Positions 47,152-57,005 of a stretch of DNA of 64,000 nucleotides are shown here, piece after piece. The notes beneath the pieces were generated by a model. That model worked only from the letters and a program-made list of their open reading frames with translations. It searched no databases and was not told where the DNA came from. Location of the stretch: contig CBFGKH010000002.1 of assembly GCA_965649295.1 (NCBI GenBank), positions 128,001-192,000 on the forward strand, in the 5' to 3' direction. Origin of the DNA: a candidate division WOR-3 bacterium (lineage in GTDB: Bacteria > Hydrothermota > Tepidihabitantia > Tepidihabitantales > Tepidihabitantaceae). The position numbers were made by a program, and so were the translations under genes. How positions within the stretch are numbered: the stretch's first letter is position 1; the number at the start of each line of letters is the position of its first letter.

Positions 47152-49104
47152 GTGGCCAGAGTTGGTGTCTTTGTCTGTCACTGCGGAGTGAACATCGCGG
47201 CCAAGGTTGATGTCGCCCGGGTGGCCGAGGAGATTGGCCGAATGCCCGAGGTTGCATTCAGCCGCGACTACAAGTTCATGTGCTCATCACCCGGCCAGAA
47301 GCTGGTTGAGGACGCCATCAAGGAGCATGGTCTGAATCGGATCGTTGTTGCGGCCTGCTCGCCCAAGATGCACCTGCCGACCTTCCAAAAGACAGTGGCC
47401 CGGGCCGGACTCAATCCTTACCTTGTGGCGATGGCGAATATCCGTGAGCAGTGCTCCTGGGTGACCCAGGAGCGCGAGGCAGCGACCGACAAGGCGATTG
47501 ACCTCGTGCGTCGACAGGTGAAACGGGTGGCGCACCAGGATGAGCTTGCGGACGTGGCCGTGCCAGTGAACAAGACGGCGGTAGTGATTGGTGGCGGCGT
47601 GGCTGGCATTCAAGCGGCGCTTGACATTGCCGATGGTGGCCGGCGGGTGATTCTCGTTGAGAAATCGCCTTCCATCGGCGGCAAGATGGCCCAGCTTGAC
47701 GAGACGTTCCCGACGCTTGACTGCTCGCAGTGTATCCTGACGCCGAAGATGGTCGAAGCTGCCCAGCACCCCAACATCGAGATTAGGGTGAATACGACCG
47801 TGACCAAGGTTGACGGGTATGTCGGCAACTTCCAGGTCACGCTTGAACGGCGGCGTACCTATGTCGAGGCGGCGAAATGCATCGGCTGTGGTATCTGCAT
47901 TAGCAAGTGCCCGGTGAAGGATGTGCCGGATGAGTTCAATGCTGGCCTCGGCAAGCGGCATGCCATCTACATACCGTTTCCTCAGGCAGTGCCGGCAATA
48001 CCGATGATTGACGCGGCCCACTGCCGGCAGTTGCTTAGCGGCAAGTGTGGGGTTTGTGCCAAGGTCTGCCCGGCCGGGGCCATCAACTACAACGATAGGG
48101 GTGCGACCGAAACGGTCTTGGCTGGTGCCATCGTCGTAGCAACCGGCTACCAGGAGATGGACAGGTCGGTATATACCGAATACGGCGGTGGCGCCTATCC
48201 TGATGTTATCACCGGCCTGCAGTTCGAGCGGCTGGTGAGCTCGACGGGGCCGACTGGCGGACACTTGGTGCGGCCAAGCGATGGCCGCGAGCCGGAGACG
48301 ATTGTCTTTGTCCAATGTGTTGGTTCACGTGACCCGTCCAAGGGACATGAGTATTGCTCGGGTATCTGCTGCATGTACACGGCCAAGCATGCGATGCTGT
48401 ATAAGCATCACAAGCCTGATGGCCAAGCCTATGTTTGCTACATTGATATCCGCAGCCCGGGCAAGGGCTACGAGCAGTTCATCCGGCGAGCGAGCGAGGA
48501 AGAGGACGTGCGCTATATCCGCGGCCGGGTGGGCAAGGTGCAGCGGTTGGAAAACGGCCGCTATCGAGTCTTCACCGAGGACACGCTCGTTGGTCGGCCA
48601 GTGGCAATTGATGCGGACATGGTCGTCTTGTCGAGTGCGGTTGAGCCTCAGGCCGATGCGGCCCAGCTTGCCCAGACACTTGGTATCGCCTACGATGCCG
48701 ACGGGTTCTATAGCGAGGCCCACCCGAAGCTGAAGCCGGTCGAGACCGCGACCGCTGGTGTCTTCTTGGCGGGCGCGTGTCAGGGGCCAAAGGATATTCC
48801 CACGAGCGTCCAGCAGGGCAGTGCGGCTGCCGCCAAGGTGCTGGCGCTTTTCAGTCGCGACGTGCTGGTGAAGTCGCCCCAGATAGCCCGGGTTGATCCG
48901 TTCGCCTGCACCGGCTGTTTGACTTGTGCCTATGTCTGTCACTATTCGGCAATCGAGGAGAAGGAGCACGGTGGCCGACAGGTCGCCAATATAGTCGCGG
49001 GCAAGTGCCAGGGCTGCGGGGCCTGTGTGGCAACCTGCAAGAACAAGGCGGTAACGCTTGCTCAGTTCAGCGACGATGAGGTGTTTGAGGAGATGCTGCG
49101 GTGA
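47152..49104 (+). CDS. hdrA: Heterodisulfide reductase subunit A
   Basis: GVFVCHCG, NIREQCSW, GGGVAG, FPTLDCSQC, CVGSRD, CSGICCMY. Confidence 0.96.
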   Translation: MARVGVFVCHCGVNIAAKVDVARVAEEIGRMPEVAFSRDYKFMCSSPGQKLVEDAIKEHGLNRIVVAACSPKMHLPTFQKTVARAGLNPYLVAMANIREQCSWVTQEREAATDKAIDLVRRQVKRVAHQDELADVAVPVNKTAVVIGGGVAGIQAALDIADGGRRVILVEKSPSIGGKMAQLDETFPTLDCSQCILTPKMVEAAQHPNIEIRVNTTVTKVDGYVGNFQVTLERRRTYVEAAKCIGCGICISKCPVKDVPDEFNAGLGKRHAIYIPFPQAVPAIPMIDAAHCRQLLSGKCGVCAKVCPAGAINYNDRGATETVLAGAIVVATGYQEMDRSVYTEYGGGAYPDVITGLQFERLVSSTGPTGGHLVRPSDGREPETIVFVQCVGSRDPSKGHEYCSGICCMYTAKHAMLYKHHKPDGQAYVCYIDIRSPGKGYEQFIRRASEEEDVRYIRGRVGKVQRLENGRYRVFTEDTLVGRPVAIDADMVVLSSAVEPQADAAQLAQTLGIAYDADGFYSEAHPKLKPVETATAGVFLAGACQGPKDIPTSVQQGSAAAAKVLALFSRDVLVKSPQIARVDPFACTGCLTCAYVCHYSAIEEKEHGGRQVANIVAGKCQGCGACVATCKNKAVTLAQFSDDEVFEEMLR

Positions 49105-49538
49105 GCCAGCCAATTGCGGCCGAGCCGAGAATACTGGCGTTACTCTGTCGCTGGTGTTCGTATGCGGGTGCGGACCTTGCCGGCACCAGCCGCTTCAGCT
49201 ATCCGCCTAACGTGCGGATTGTTCAGGTGCCGTGCTCGGGTCGGGTTGACCCGGTGATGATATTCAAGGCGTTTGTCGAAGGCTATGATGGTGTGCTGGT
49301 CGCCGGCTGCCATCCTGGTGACTGTCACTACGGCACAGGCAACTATTATGCTCGGCGCAAGCTGGCGGTGGCCCGGCGGTTGCTCGAAACGGTCGGCGTC
49401 CATCCGGACCGGATGCACTTCACCTGGGTTTCAGCAGCCGAGGGCAAGCGTTTTGCGCAAGTCTGCACCGACTTTGCCGAGACCTTGAAGAGGCTCGCTG
49501 GCCAGAAGAAGACGTTGGCTCGGGAGGGACTCGGCTGA
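49101..49538 (+). CDS. mvhD: MvhD/FlxD iron-sulfur subunit
   Basis: CRWCSYAGAD, CSGRVDP, GCHPGDCHY. Confidence 0.93.
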   Translation: MSQPIAAEPRILALLCRWCSYAGADLAGTSRFSYPPNVRIVQVPCSGRVDPVMIFKAFVEGYDGVLVAGCHPGDCHYGTGNYYARRKLAVARRLLETVGVHPDRMHFTWVSAAEGKRFAQVCTDFAETLKRLAGQKKTLAREGLG

Positions 49539-50380
49539 TGACGGCATTGCAGGAGAAGGCGAACCAGCTGCTGCAGAGTGGCGCGATTGACGTGCTGCTG
49601 GGCTGGCGATTTGACCCAGCCATTGACGACGTCCGGCCCACGCTGTTCAAGAAGAGTGACAATGTCACCGAGCTTGTCTTTGACGACCGCTGCGTTCATA
49701 ACCTTGCCAACTATCTGCCGACGCTGGTGGCGCGGTACAACCGCGTCGGCGTGGTGCTAAAAGGCTGCGACGGCCGTTCGCTTGTGACCTTGCTGGTCGA
49801 ACACCGTATCAACCGTTCCAGCGTACTGGTACTCGCGCCGGACTGTGCTGGGGTCAAGGTCAATGGCGGCCGTGCGCCGAAGTGCGACGACTGTCCGACC
49901 ACGGTCGCGCCGATTGCCGACTATACCTTTGGTGAAGCCCGTAAGAGCGACAAGGCCGAGTTCAAGCAGCTTGAGCGTATTGCGAAGCTGTCACCAGAAG
50001 AGCGCTGGCAATTCTTCGCCGAACAGTTTGCGAAGTGCCGGCGCTGTTATGCCTGCCGTCAAGTTTGTCCGATGTGCTACTGCGAACTCTGTATTGCGGA
50101 CCAGCACGAGCCGAAGTGGATTGAGCCGTCGCGCAAGCTCTCGGCCAACTCGATGTGGCACCTCGTTCGCGCTTGGCATCTGGCCGGTCGTTGTTCGGAC
50201 TGTGGCGAGTGCCAGCGCGTCTGTCCGGAAGGGATTCCTATTCGGCTGCTCAACATTGCGGTCGAGAGGCTCGTGCGCGATGAGTTTGGGGTTAGGCCTG
50301 GCACCAAGCCGGATGAACTACCACCGCTTGTAACGCTGGCCAAGGACGACCCGGACGAAGTTATGGAGAAGCACCTGTGA
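49538..50380 (+). CDS. FlxC-like 4Fe-4S protein
   Basis: KGCD, CRRCYACRQVCPMCYC, CSDCGECQRVCP. Confidence 0.85.
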   Translation: MTALQEKANQLLQSGAIDVLLGWRFDPAIDDVRPTLFKKSDNVTELVFDDRCVHNLANYLPTLVARYNRVGVVLKGCDGRSLVTLLVEHRINRSSVLVLAPDCAGVKVNGGRAPKCDDCPTTVAPIADYTFGEARKSDKAEFKQLERIAKLSPEERWQFFAEQFAKCRRCYACRQVCPMCYCELCIADQHEPKWIEPSRKLSANSMWHLVRAWHLAGRCSDCGECQRVCPEGIPIRLLNIAVERLVRDEFGVRPGTKPDELPPLVTLAKDDPDEVMEKHL

Positions 50381-51396
50381 GCGGCAACTGGCAGAAGCTG
50401 CGGCGCGAGGACCTGGGAGCCTTCCTCGATGAGCTTGCCGAGCTGGCCGAGCTCTGGGTGCCGGTCAAGCCTGCGAACCGCTGGGAGTTCGGAAGATACG
50501 AGAGGGGACAACAGGTTCAGTTCCCGGCAAGCATCATTGACACATCGGCCAAGGCGCTGTTCTTTCCGCAGCGGCGGCCGATTGCCCGCTTCAGCCCCAA
50601 GGAGAAGTGGTCGCTTGCACCGGTCGAGCCGGCAACCGCGCCACGGATCGTTATGGGCCTGCATCCGTGTGATGTGGCGGCGCTGGAACGGATGGACCGG
50701 GTGCTCGGCAGCGGTAAGCATGCTGACCGCTGGTATCAGGCTGAGCGCGCGCGCACGACGATCATCGGGATGCGCTGCGCCGCGATGAAGCCAACCTGTC
50801 ACTGTACCGACCGTGGTCTGTCGCCGGACGAGACCGCCGGGATGGATGCGGTGTTTGCTGAGGTTAGCGACGGCTGGCTATTCCGCAGCCTGACTGCCCG
50901 GGGCGCGAAGCTACTCGGGTCGAAGCTGCTACAGCCGACCAGGGAGGAGCCGGTAACCCAAGAGTGGCCGCGCGGCAACTACCCGGTGCCCAGTCCCGAT
51001 GAACTGCTCGCCATCTACGAGGACGACTTCTGGTTGGAGGCGGCAGACATCTGTCTCACCTGTGGTGCCTGTACGTTCGCCTGTCCGACCTGCACCTGTT
51101 ACCTGGTGGCCGATGAGAAGACGGGCGATGAGGGCGAGCGGGTGACGGCGTGGGATTCTTGTCAGTTTCTCGCCTACTCGCGCGAGACTAGCGGCCACAA
51201 CCCGCGCCGGACTAATGCGGCCCGGCTGCGCAATCGGACCCTGGACAAGTTCGCCTATAGCCACTACAAGCATGGTGCCGGTTCGTGCATTGGCTGCGGC
51301 CGCTGCGTCATTATCTGTCCGATACGAAGGTCATTCCCGCAACTCGGAGCAAAGCTGAAGAAGCGGGTTGAGGAAATGAAGGTGGCAGGGAAGTGA
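50377..51396 (+). CDS. FlxB/AsrA-like 4Fe-4S protein
   Basis: HPCD, CLTCGACTFACPTCTC, WDSC, CIGCGRC. Confidence 0.85.
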   Translation: MSGNWQKLRREDLGAFLDELAELAELWVPVKPANRWEFGRYERGQQVQFPASIIDTSAKALFFPQRRPIARFSPKEKWSLAPVEPATAPRIVMGLHPCDVAALERMDRVLGSGKHADRWYQAERARTTIIGMRCAAMKPTCHCTDRGLSPDETAGMDAVFAEVSDGWLFRSLTARGAKLLGSKLLQPTREEPVTQEWPRGNYPVPSPDELLAIYEDDFWLEAADICLTCGACTFACPTCTCYLVADEKTGDEGERVTAWDSCQFLAYSRETSGHNPRRTNAARLRNRTLDKFAYSHYKHGAGSCIGCGRCVIICPIRRSFPQLGAKLKKRVEEMKVAGK

Positions 51397-52208
51397 GTCG
51401 CAGCGAGCTCGTCCCGCGGCCGGCACAGCTGGTGCGGGTCGTCAACGAGTCGGCAGATGTGAAGAGCTTTGAGCTTGAGTTTCTTGACGGCGCGAAGCTA
51501 GAAGCGCTGCCCGGTCAGTTTGTCGAGGTGTCGGTGCAGGGCTACGGTGAGGCGACGTTCGCAGTCAGTCGGCTCGCCCCTGACCACAAGCGCTTCTGGG
51601 TCTCGGTTAAGCGGATGGGCCATCTCACCAAGATGCTGCACCGCCTGGCTGCGGGTGAGACAGTGGGCGCGCGCGGGCCTTACGGCAAACCATTCCCGGT
51701 TGCAGACTGGAAGGGTAGGAGCATCTACATCATCGGCGGCGGCATCGGGCTAGCTCCGTTGCGGCCAGTAGTGGACTACGTGCTTCAGCACCGGTCAGAC
51801 TATGCCGGAATCGAGATTCTCTTTGGTGCGCGAACGCCGCAGGACATGCTGTTCAAAGATGACCTTGCGACGTGGCAGGCAGATAGCGCTGTCCGGTTGC
51901 ATACGACGATTGACTACCCGGCTGAAGGCTGGAATGGTCGTGTTGGGTTCGTGCCAGTAGTCACCAAGGACCTTGGGCTCAGACCGGACAACCGGATTGC
52001 GGTAGTCTGCGGCCCGCCGATAATGATTAAGTTGACCGCGGCCGCGCTGCGGGAGCTGGGCTGGCCTGAAGGATCAATCTACACCACACTCGAGATGAAG
52101 ATGCAGTGCGGCATCGGCCAATGCGGCCGTTGCAATATCGGCCCGAAGCTGGTCTGCAAGGACGGGCCGGTCTTCAGACTCGACGAAATCCCCGGCTGGG
52201 CACTCTAG
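51393..52208 (+). CDS. FlxA-like FAD/NAD-binding subunit
   Basis: PGQF, RGPYG, GGGIGLAP, CGPPIM, MQCGIGQCGRC. Confidence 0.88.
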   Translation: MSRSELVPRPAQLVRVVNESADVKSFELEFLDGAKLEALPGQFVEVSVQGYGEATFAVSRLAPDHKRFWVSVKRMGHLTKMLHRLAAGETVGARGPYGKPFPVADWKGRSIYIIGGGIGLAPLRPVVDYVLQHRSDYAGIEILFGARTPQDMLFKDDLATWQADSAVRLHTTIDYPAEGWNGRVGFVPVVTKDLGLRPDNRIAVVCGPPIMIKLTAAALRELGWPEGSIYTTLEMKMQCGIGQCGRCNIGPKLVCKDGPVFRLDEIPGWAL

Positions 52209-52236
52209 GCCCAGCGGTTATCACGCGATTCGACTC

Positions 52237-52749
52237 TCAGCCGATGGGCCGGACAAGGCGGGTGCTGAGCGGTTTGTACCCGAGCCGTTTGAAGAAGGCG
52301 GCGGCCGGCCGGTTGAACTCATAGACGTTGAGCTGAATCTCGGTTGCGCCTCGCCTTTGTGCCCAATCGGCAACCGCGTTCATCAGGGCAGTGGCGATAC
52401 CGCGGCGGCGATATTCTGGCCGGACAACGATGCCGCGCACGAGAACCGACTTGATGGGCCGCTTCTGCGGGTAGTCGGGCATCGTCGCAATACCGGCATT
52501 GATGATGCCGACTGCTCGGCCGTCAAGCTCAGCGATGCGCAGGAAGGTGTTCGGGTCGGCCATCAGCTTCTCAGTGCTGTCCTGGCGGCGCAGCGGGCCT
52601 TCGGGTTTACGGAACCGCTCGGGCAGGGCCTCGCGGTGGGGCGCATCAAGGTACTCAGCCAGCTCGCAAATCAGCTCGTAGTCAGCCGGTACTGCTGGTC
52701 GGATTGAGAGAGCAGGCGGAGACTTGAAGGCAGAATGAGAAGTGGTCAA
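52237..52749 (-). CDS. GNAT acetyltransferase
   Basis: VRPEYRRRGIA, NRPAAAFFKRLGY. Confidence 0.88.
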   Translation of the reverse strand: MTTSHSAFKSPPALSIRPAVPADYELICELAEYLDAPHREALPERFRKPEGPLRRQDSTEKLMADPNTFLRIAELDGRAVGIINAGIATMPDYPQKRPIKSVLVRGIVVRPEYRRRGIATALMNAVADWAQRRGATEIQLNVYEFNRPAAAFFKRLGYKPLSTRLVRPIG

Positions 52750-52778
52750 TCTTCAGTGAAGCGTTGTTGCTACCATCC

Positions 52779-53597
52779 TTAGCTTGGCCAGGCCAGTGAG
52801 AGGCCCATCCCGAGTGTCTGCTTCAACCGAACCGCTTTGATGATGTTCTCATCGTAGAGAAGTTGGAAGAAGAGCTTGCCGGAGAGGGCGCGGTTGAAGC
52901 GGGCCGAAAGTTCGTGCTGCCAGTCAACCTGGGGCACAGGATTGACCGGAGTGCTGGTGAAGGCAATCAGCGGCTCATAGACAGTGAGCTGGGTTGAGTA
53001 GCCGGCGTTCTTTGAGAAGACAATAGTCTTGAAGGCAGTTATCCAGCTCAGGCCAGCATCGGCAACCATCGGCGACGGCGTGGTCCAAAGCTGGCGTGCG
53101 GAGAAGCCGAGCTGGGAGGATAGGAACCGGGTCGAGTCGTCATAGAACTTGCGGCCCGCACCCATCGTTTCGAGGAGCTGAAGTGGATTGAGCCAGCGGG
53201 TCTGAGTTGGATCGGACTGGTCAACAAACTGGGACTTGAGCTGGGCCGAGACAAGCGGGTCAACCCAGGCCCCAAGGGTGAAGCGCAACACCTCGTCGAG
53301 CTGAATCTTATCTTCCGACTTGGAGCGGTCCCAGGTCACCGAATCACGCTGGGTGAGCTGCTGACCGAAGGCCAGGACGCCAGCGTGGTCGAACCGAACC
53401 GGCTTCGCTAACTGGATACCGGCAGCGTGGCCGAGCGTGGCAGTGAGCGAGGCTGAGGTCTTCTCAGTGCCCTGCCAGTTACTTGAGTAGTAGCCCTCGT
53501 TGAAGATGAGGTCAAAGCCTAGCTTCTGGGTCCAGTTCTGGGCAGCGAGCGGCGCGGCCAGCGCTACAGTGGTTGCGAGCACTAACAGTCGTCTCAT
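52779..53597 (-). CDS. DUF3078-like outer-membrane beta-barrel protein
   Basis: Signal peptide, SNWQG, KSEDKI, LKQTLGMGL. Confidence 0.7.
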   Translation of the reverse strand: MRRLLVLATTVALAAPLAAQNWTQKLGFDLIFNEGYYSSNWQGTEKTSASLTATLGHAAGIQLAKPVRFDHAGVLAFGQQLTQRDSVTWDRSKSEDKIQLDEVLRFTLGAWVDPLVSAQLKSQFVDQSDPTQTRWLNPLQLLETMGAGRKFYDDSTRFLSSQLGFSARQLWTTPSPMVADAGLSWITAFKTIVFSKNAGYSTQLTVYEPLIAFTSTPVNPVPQVDWQHELSARFNRALSGKLFFQLLYDENIIKAVRLKQTLGMGLSLAWPS

Positions 53598-53755
53598 CGG
53601 CACCTCCTTGGTCATATAGCGAGAGTAGCGGCGGTTGGCGTGAGGTCAAGAAGCGAATGGCTTGGGCTGGGCCAGCGGGATGGGGCTTGACCGGTTCGGG
53701 TTAGTGGCTAGTCTGTGGGTAGGTTGGCAGGGAGACGGGGAAAAGAGAGGAGAAG

Positions 53756-54601
53756 ATGAAACAACAGGTCAGTATCGGGCTGGTGCTTGTCGCCCTTTGG
53801 GCGCAGGCGACTTATCTTATCGGTCGGAGCGGAACAGTAGTGAAACCGTTTCAGGTCTTCTTCTGGGTCAATTCTAGCTATTCTCAGACCAAGTTTGCCT
53901 ACGACTGGGATTACCGGTCTTGGCGGGAGATGGGGGAAGATGACCGGGTGACGACAACCAGCGCCGAAATAACGGCCGCGCTGGGGCTGCCCGGTCGATT
54001 CGAATTGGGACTGACCTTGCCAGTGATATCAAGGCAACTGACCCTGCCCGGTGCAATCAGTCCAAGCGGGCTTGGTGATATGATGGTACACGCCCGCTGG
54101 GGAGCCCTGCCAAGCCGCCTTCTGCCGGTGAAGGCAGCCCTGACTGTGGGCGCGAATCTGCCGACCTCGTCACAGATTCCGGCGCGGATGGTGGGCGACA
54201 GGACAGTTGATGTCGGTGCAGGGCTCGCTTTGGTGACGACCGGTCTTGGCAGACTGGTCCTCCATGGTCGGGCCGGCTACTGGTGGAACGGCAGAACCAA
54301 TGACACGACCAAGCTTGGGAACCTATTTGAGTATGTGGCGGTCGTTGACTACGCGGTGGCCAACTGGCTAGTGCCGGAGATTGCCCTGTCAGGTGCTATT
54401 ACCGGCCCCAAAGAGATTGGAGGCACAGCGGTCACTAGGACGGAGTCGAGGGTTCACAATGTCGGCCTGCTGCTTCTGCTCAAACCGATTCCGCAACTGG
54501 TGGTGCGGCCCAAAGCGTCACTGCCGCTGAGGTCGGTATCGAGCGGCGGCAGGCTACCGCCGTTTGCGGTGGGATTTGATGTCTGGGCCACAATCCTTTG
54601 A
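53756..54601 (+). CDS. Outer-membrane transporter-like beta-barrel (MetA-pathway type)
   Basis: Signal peptide, SGLGD, LPT, amphipathic strands. Confidence 0.6.
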   Translation: MKQQVSIGLVLVALWAQATYLIGRSGTVVKPFQVFFWVNSSYSQTKFAYDWDYRSWREMGEDDRVTTTSAEITAALGLPGRFELGLTLPVISRQLTLPGAISPSGLGDMMVHARWGALPSRLLPVKAALTVGANLPTSSQIPARMVGDRTVDVGAGLALVTTGLGRLVLHGRAGYWWNGRTNDTTKLGNLFEYVAVVDYAVANWLVPEIALSGAITGPKEIGGTAVTRTESRVHNVGLLLLLKPIPQLVVRPKASLPLRSVSSGGRLPPFAVGFDVWATIL

Positions 54602-54633
54602 AGCGCCCGATAACCGAAAGGAGTCTAACAGGT

Positions 54634-54801
54634 ATGAAACCAGCAAAGACCGGCGATGTGCTGCACTGCTCCAAGTGCGGCGTGGAAGTGACTGTTACGA
54701 AGGACTGCGGCTGTAACGACTGCAACATCATCTGCTGCGGCCAGCCGATGACACCGGTGAAAGATAGTCCCAAGTCCGGCAGTTGTTGCTGCTGCGGTTA
54801 G
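54634..54801 (+). CDS. Small Cys-rich protein (desulforedoxin-like with CCCC tail)
   Basis: CSKCG...CCGQPM; SD AAGGAG; downstream hairpin. Confidence 0.8.
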   Translation: MKPAKTGDVLHCSKCGVEVTVTKDCGCNDCNIICCGQPMTPVKDSPKSGSCCCCG

Positions 54802-54819
54802 CCGATAACCATCCTCCGA

Positions 54820-54844
54820 ACCGGCCTGGCTCTGCCGGGCCGGT
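54820..54844 (+). terminator. Hairpin terminator
   Basis: ACCGGCCTGGC-TCT-GCCGGGCCGGT followed by a pyrimidine-rich tail. Confidence 0.55.
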
Positions 54845-54891
54845 CTTGCTGTCTTCTTGACTTAGTCGGGGTGGTTTCTAAGCTGGCAAGT

Positions 54892-55377
54892 GTGGCAGAG
54901 TCCCGCATTGCCCGGATAATTGACGTCAATCTCAATCGTCTGACTGAAGGACTGCGGGTGGTTGAAGACGTGGTCCGGCTGGGCTTTGAGGACCGGAGCC
55001 TGCTGACGGCTGTCCGCCGGCTTCGGACCGATGTTGGCACCTGTCTACGGAGGCTGCGACGGCGGGTGATGCGGGAGCGAAAGAGCGAGCAGGACATGGG
55101 GCGTGAGGAGAGGTTTGATCGAACCCGGCGCCGGAGCCTTGAGGATATCTTGTTTGCCAACCTCAAACGGGCTGAGGAAGCCTGCCGGGTACTGGAGGAA
55201 TCGCTGAAGGTGTTTGAGCCGGAACTGGCGCCGCGGGTGAAGGAGTTCCGGTTCCGACTCTACGACCTCGAGGGGGCAGCCGCCCGGCAGCTTGACTTGC
55301 CTAGACCCACTCCTATACTCAGCCGACAATTGCCAAACAACAGGAGGCGGCATGCCGAAAGACGACGAAAAAGCTAA
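54892..55377 (+). CDS. Stand-alone ThiD2 (thiamine-phosphate synthase N-terminal) domain protein
   Basis: [42 protein letters not shown]. Confidence 0.8.
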   Translation: MAESRIARIIDVNLNRLTEGLRVVEDVVRLGFEDRSLLTAVRRLRTDVGTCLRRLRRRVMRERKSEQDMGREERFDRTRRRSLEDILFANLKRAEEACRVLEESLKVFEPELAPRVKEFRFRLYDLEGAAARQLDLPRPTPILSRQLPNNRRRHAERRRKS

Positions 55378-56419
55378 AGCACTTGCCAACGCACTCGGTC
55401 AGATTGAAAAGCAGTTCGGCAAGGGCTCGGTGATGCGAATGGGTGATGAGAATGCCGTCGTGGCGGTGGAAGGAATTCCCACCGGGTCAATTGGGCTCGA
55501 TGCGATTCTGGGTATCGGTGGCGTGCCGCGCGGCCGGTTTGTAGAAATCTTCGGCCCGGAAGCGTCGGGCAAGACGACATTGGTGCTGCACATTATTGCT
55601 GAGTGTCAGAAGCTTGGCGGTACCTGTGCGTTCATTGATGCCGAGAATGCGCTTGACTCGGGTTATGCTGCCAAGTTGGGGGTGGACCTCGATTCGCTCC
55701 TTGTCTCCCAACCCGATTCCGGTGAGCAGGCGCTGGAGATTGCCGAGGTGCTGACCCGCTCTGGTGGGATTGACCTTTTCGTGATTGACTCGGTAGCGGC
55801 GCTGGTGCCCCGGGCCGAGATTGAGGGCGAGATGGGCGATGCGTTTGTCGGCGTTCAGGCCCGGCTGATGTCGCAGGCGATGCGGAAGCTTTCGGGCGTG
55901 GCCGCCCGGACCAAGACCTGCGCTATCTTCACCAACCAGATTCGGCAGAAGATCGGCGTGATGTTTGGGAATCCGGAGACGACGACCGGCGGACTGGCCC
56001 TCAAGTTCTACGCAACGATGCGACTTGACATTCGCCGGATGGCAGCAATCAAGAAGGACGAGACGGTTATCGGTGCCCGCACCCGGGTCAAGGTTGTCAA
56101 GAACAAGGTGGCGCCGCCGTTCCGCGAGACGGAGTTTGACCTTATCTACGGTCAGGGCATCTCGCGGCTGGGCGAGTTGGTTGACCTTGGTGTCGAGCAG
56201 GGCATTTTCACCAAGTCGGGGTCGTGGTATCTCTATGGCGACCTCCGCATCGGTCAGGGCCGGGATGCGGCAATCGAGTTCCTGCGCGAGAACAAGCCGA
56301 CTGCGGCCAAGGCCGAGGCTCAGCTTTATGAGAAGCTGAAGATACCGCGGCCGGCCAGAATCACCTCGCGCGCGGCTGAAGATGAAGATAACCGCGCTCC
56401 AGCCGCAAAAAAGAAATAG
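55352..56419 (+). CDS. recA: Recombinase A
   Basis: [42 protein letters not shown]. Confidence 0.98.
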   Translation: MPKDDEKAKALANALGQIEKQFGKGSVMRMGDENAVVAVEGIPTGSIGLDAILGIGGVPRGRFVEIFGPEASGKTTLVLHIIAECQKLGGTCAFIDAENALDSGYAAKLGVDLDSLLVSQPDSGEQALEIAEVLTRSGGIDLFVIDSVAALVPRAEIEGEMGDAFVGVQARLMSQAMRKLSGVAARTKTCAIFTNQIRQKIGVMFGNPETTTGGLALKFYATMRLDIRRMAAIKKDETVIGARTRVKVVKNKVAPPFRETEFDLIYGQGISRLGELVDLGVEQGIFTKSGSWYLYGDLRIGQGRDAAIEFLRENKPTAAKAEAQLYEKLKIPRPARITSRAAEDEDNRAPAAKKK

Positions 56420-57005
56420 CCGGCGCGTCGCGGTCTACCTCGACGGAACGTTCCTGTTTGGGCTGTCAGCGCAGACTGTCCGGGCAACGGGTCTGCGGGT
56501 GGGGATGGAGGTTGACCGGGCCGCACTCGACCGGATTGCTCGCGAGGAGCAACTGCTCCAGGCGCGCAACTACGCCTTCCGACTCCTCTCCTACAAGGCA
56601 AGAACTACTGCCGAGCTGAAGCAGCGGCTTGGACGGAGGGGATTCGGGCCGGAGATAGTTGCGGCGACACTTGACCGGCTCCGCGAACTGCGGCTGCTTG
56701 ATGATGAGGGATTCGCCCGACAGTTTGTTGAGGACCGGGTGCGGGTCGGTCACCGTGGTCGGCTGCGGGTTCGTGCTGAGCTGGCCAAACGGGGAATTGA
56801 ACGGCAGCAAATTGAGGCGGCGCTAGCGGATGCGCCGGACGAGGTGGCGGCTGCTCAAGCGGTCGCTGACAAGTACCGCCGCCGCAACCGGCGGCTCGAA
56901 CCGGCGGTATTGCGACGGCGGCTATACGGTTTCTTGGCCCGACGCGGGTTCACGCCCGACACTATCAGCCGCGTGATTGGGTGTGAGGAAGCAGAGGAAC
57001 AGTGA
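56382..57005 (+). CDS. recX: Regulatory protein RecX
   Basis: [36 protein letters not shown]; follows recA. Confidence 0.92.
   Translation: MKITALQPQKRNSRRVAVYLDGTFLFGLSAQTVRATGLRVGMEVDRAALDRIAREEQLLQARNYAFRLLSYKARTTAELKQRLGRRGFGPEIVAATLDRLRELRLLDDEGFARQFVEDRVRVGHRGRLRVRAELAKRGIERQQIEAALADAPDEVAAAQAVADKYRRRNRRLEPAVLRRRLYGFLARRGFTPDTISRVIGCEEAEEQ

Noticed and set aside
47152..49538. Selenocysteine in HdrA or MvhD
   Set aside because: Frames are uninterrupted and the relevant positions are Cys
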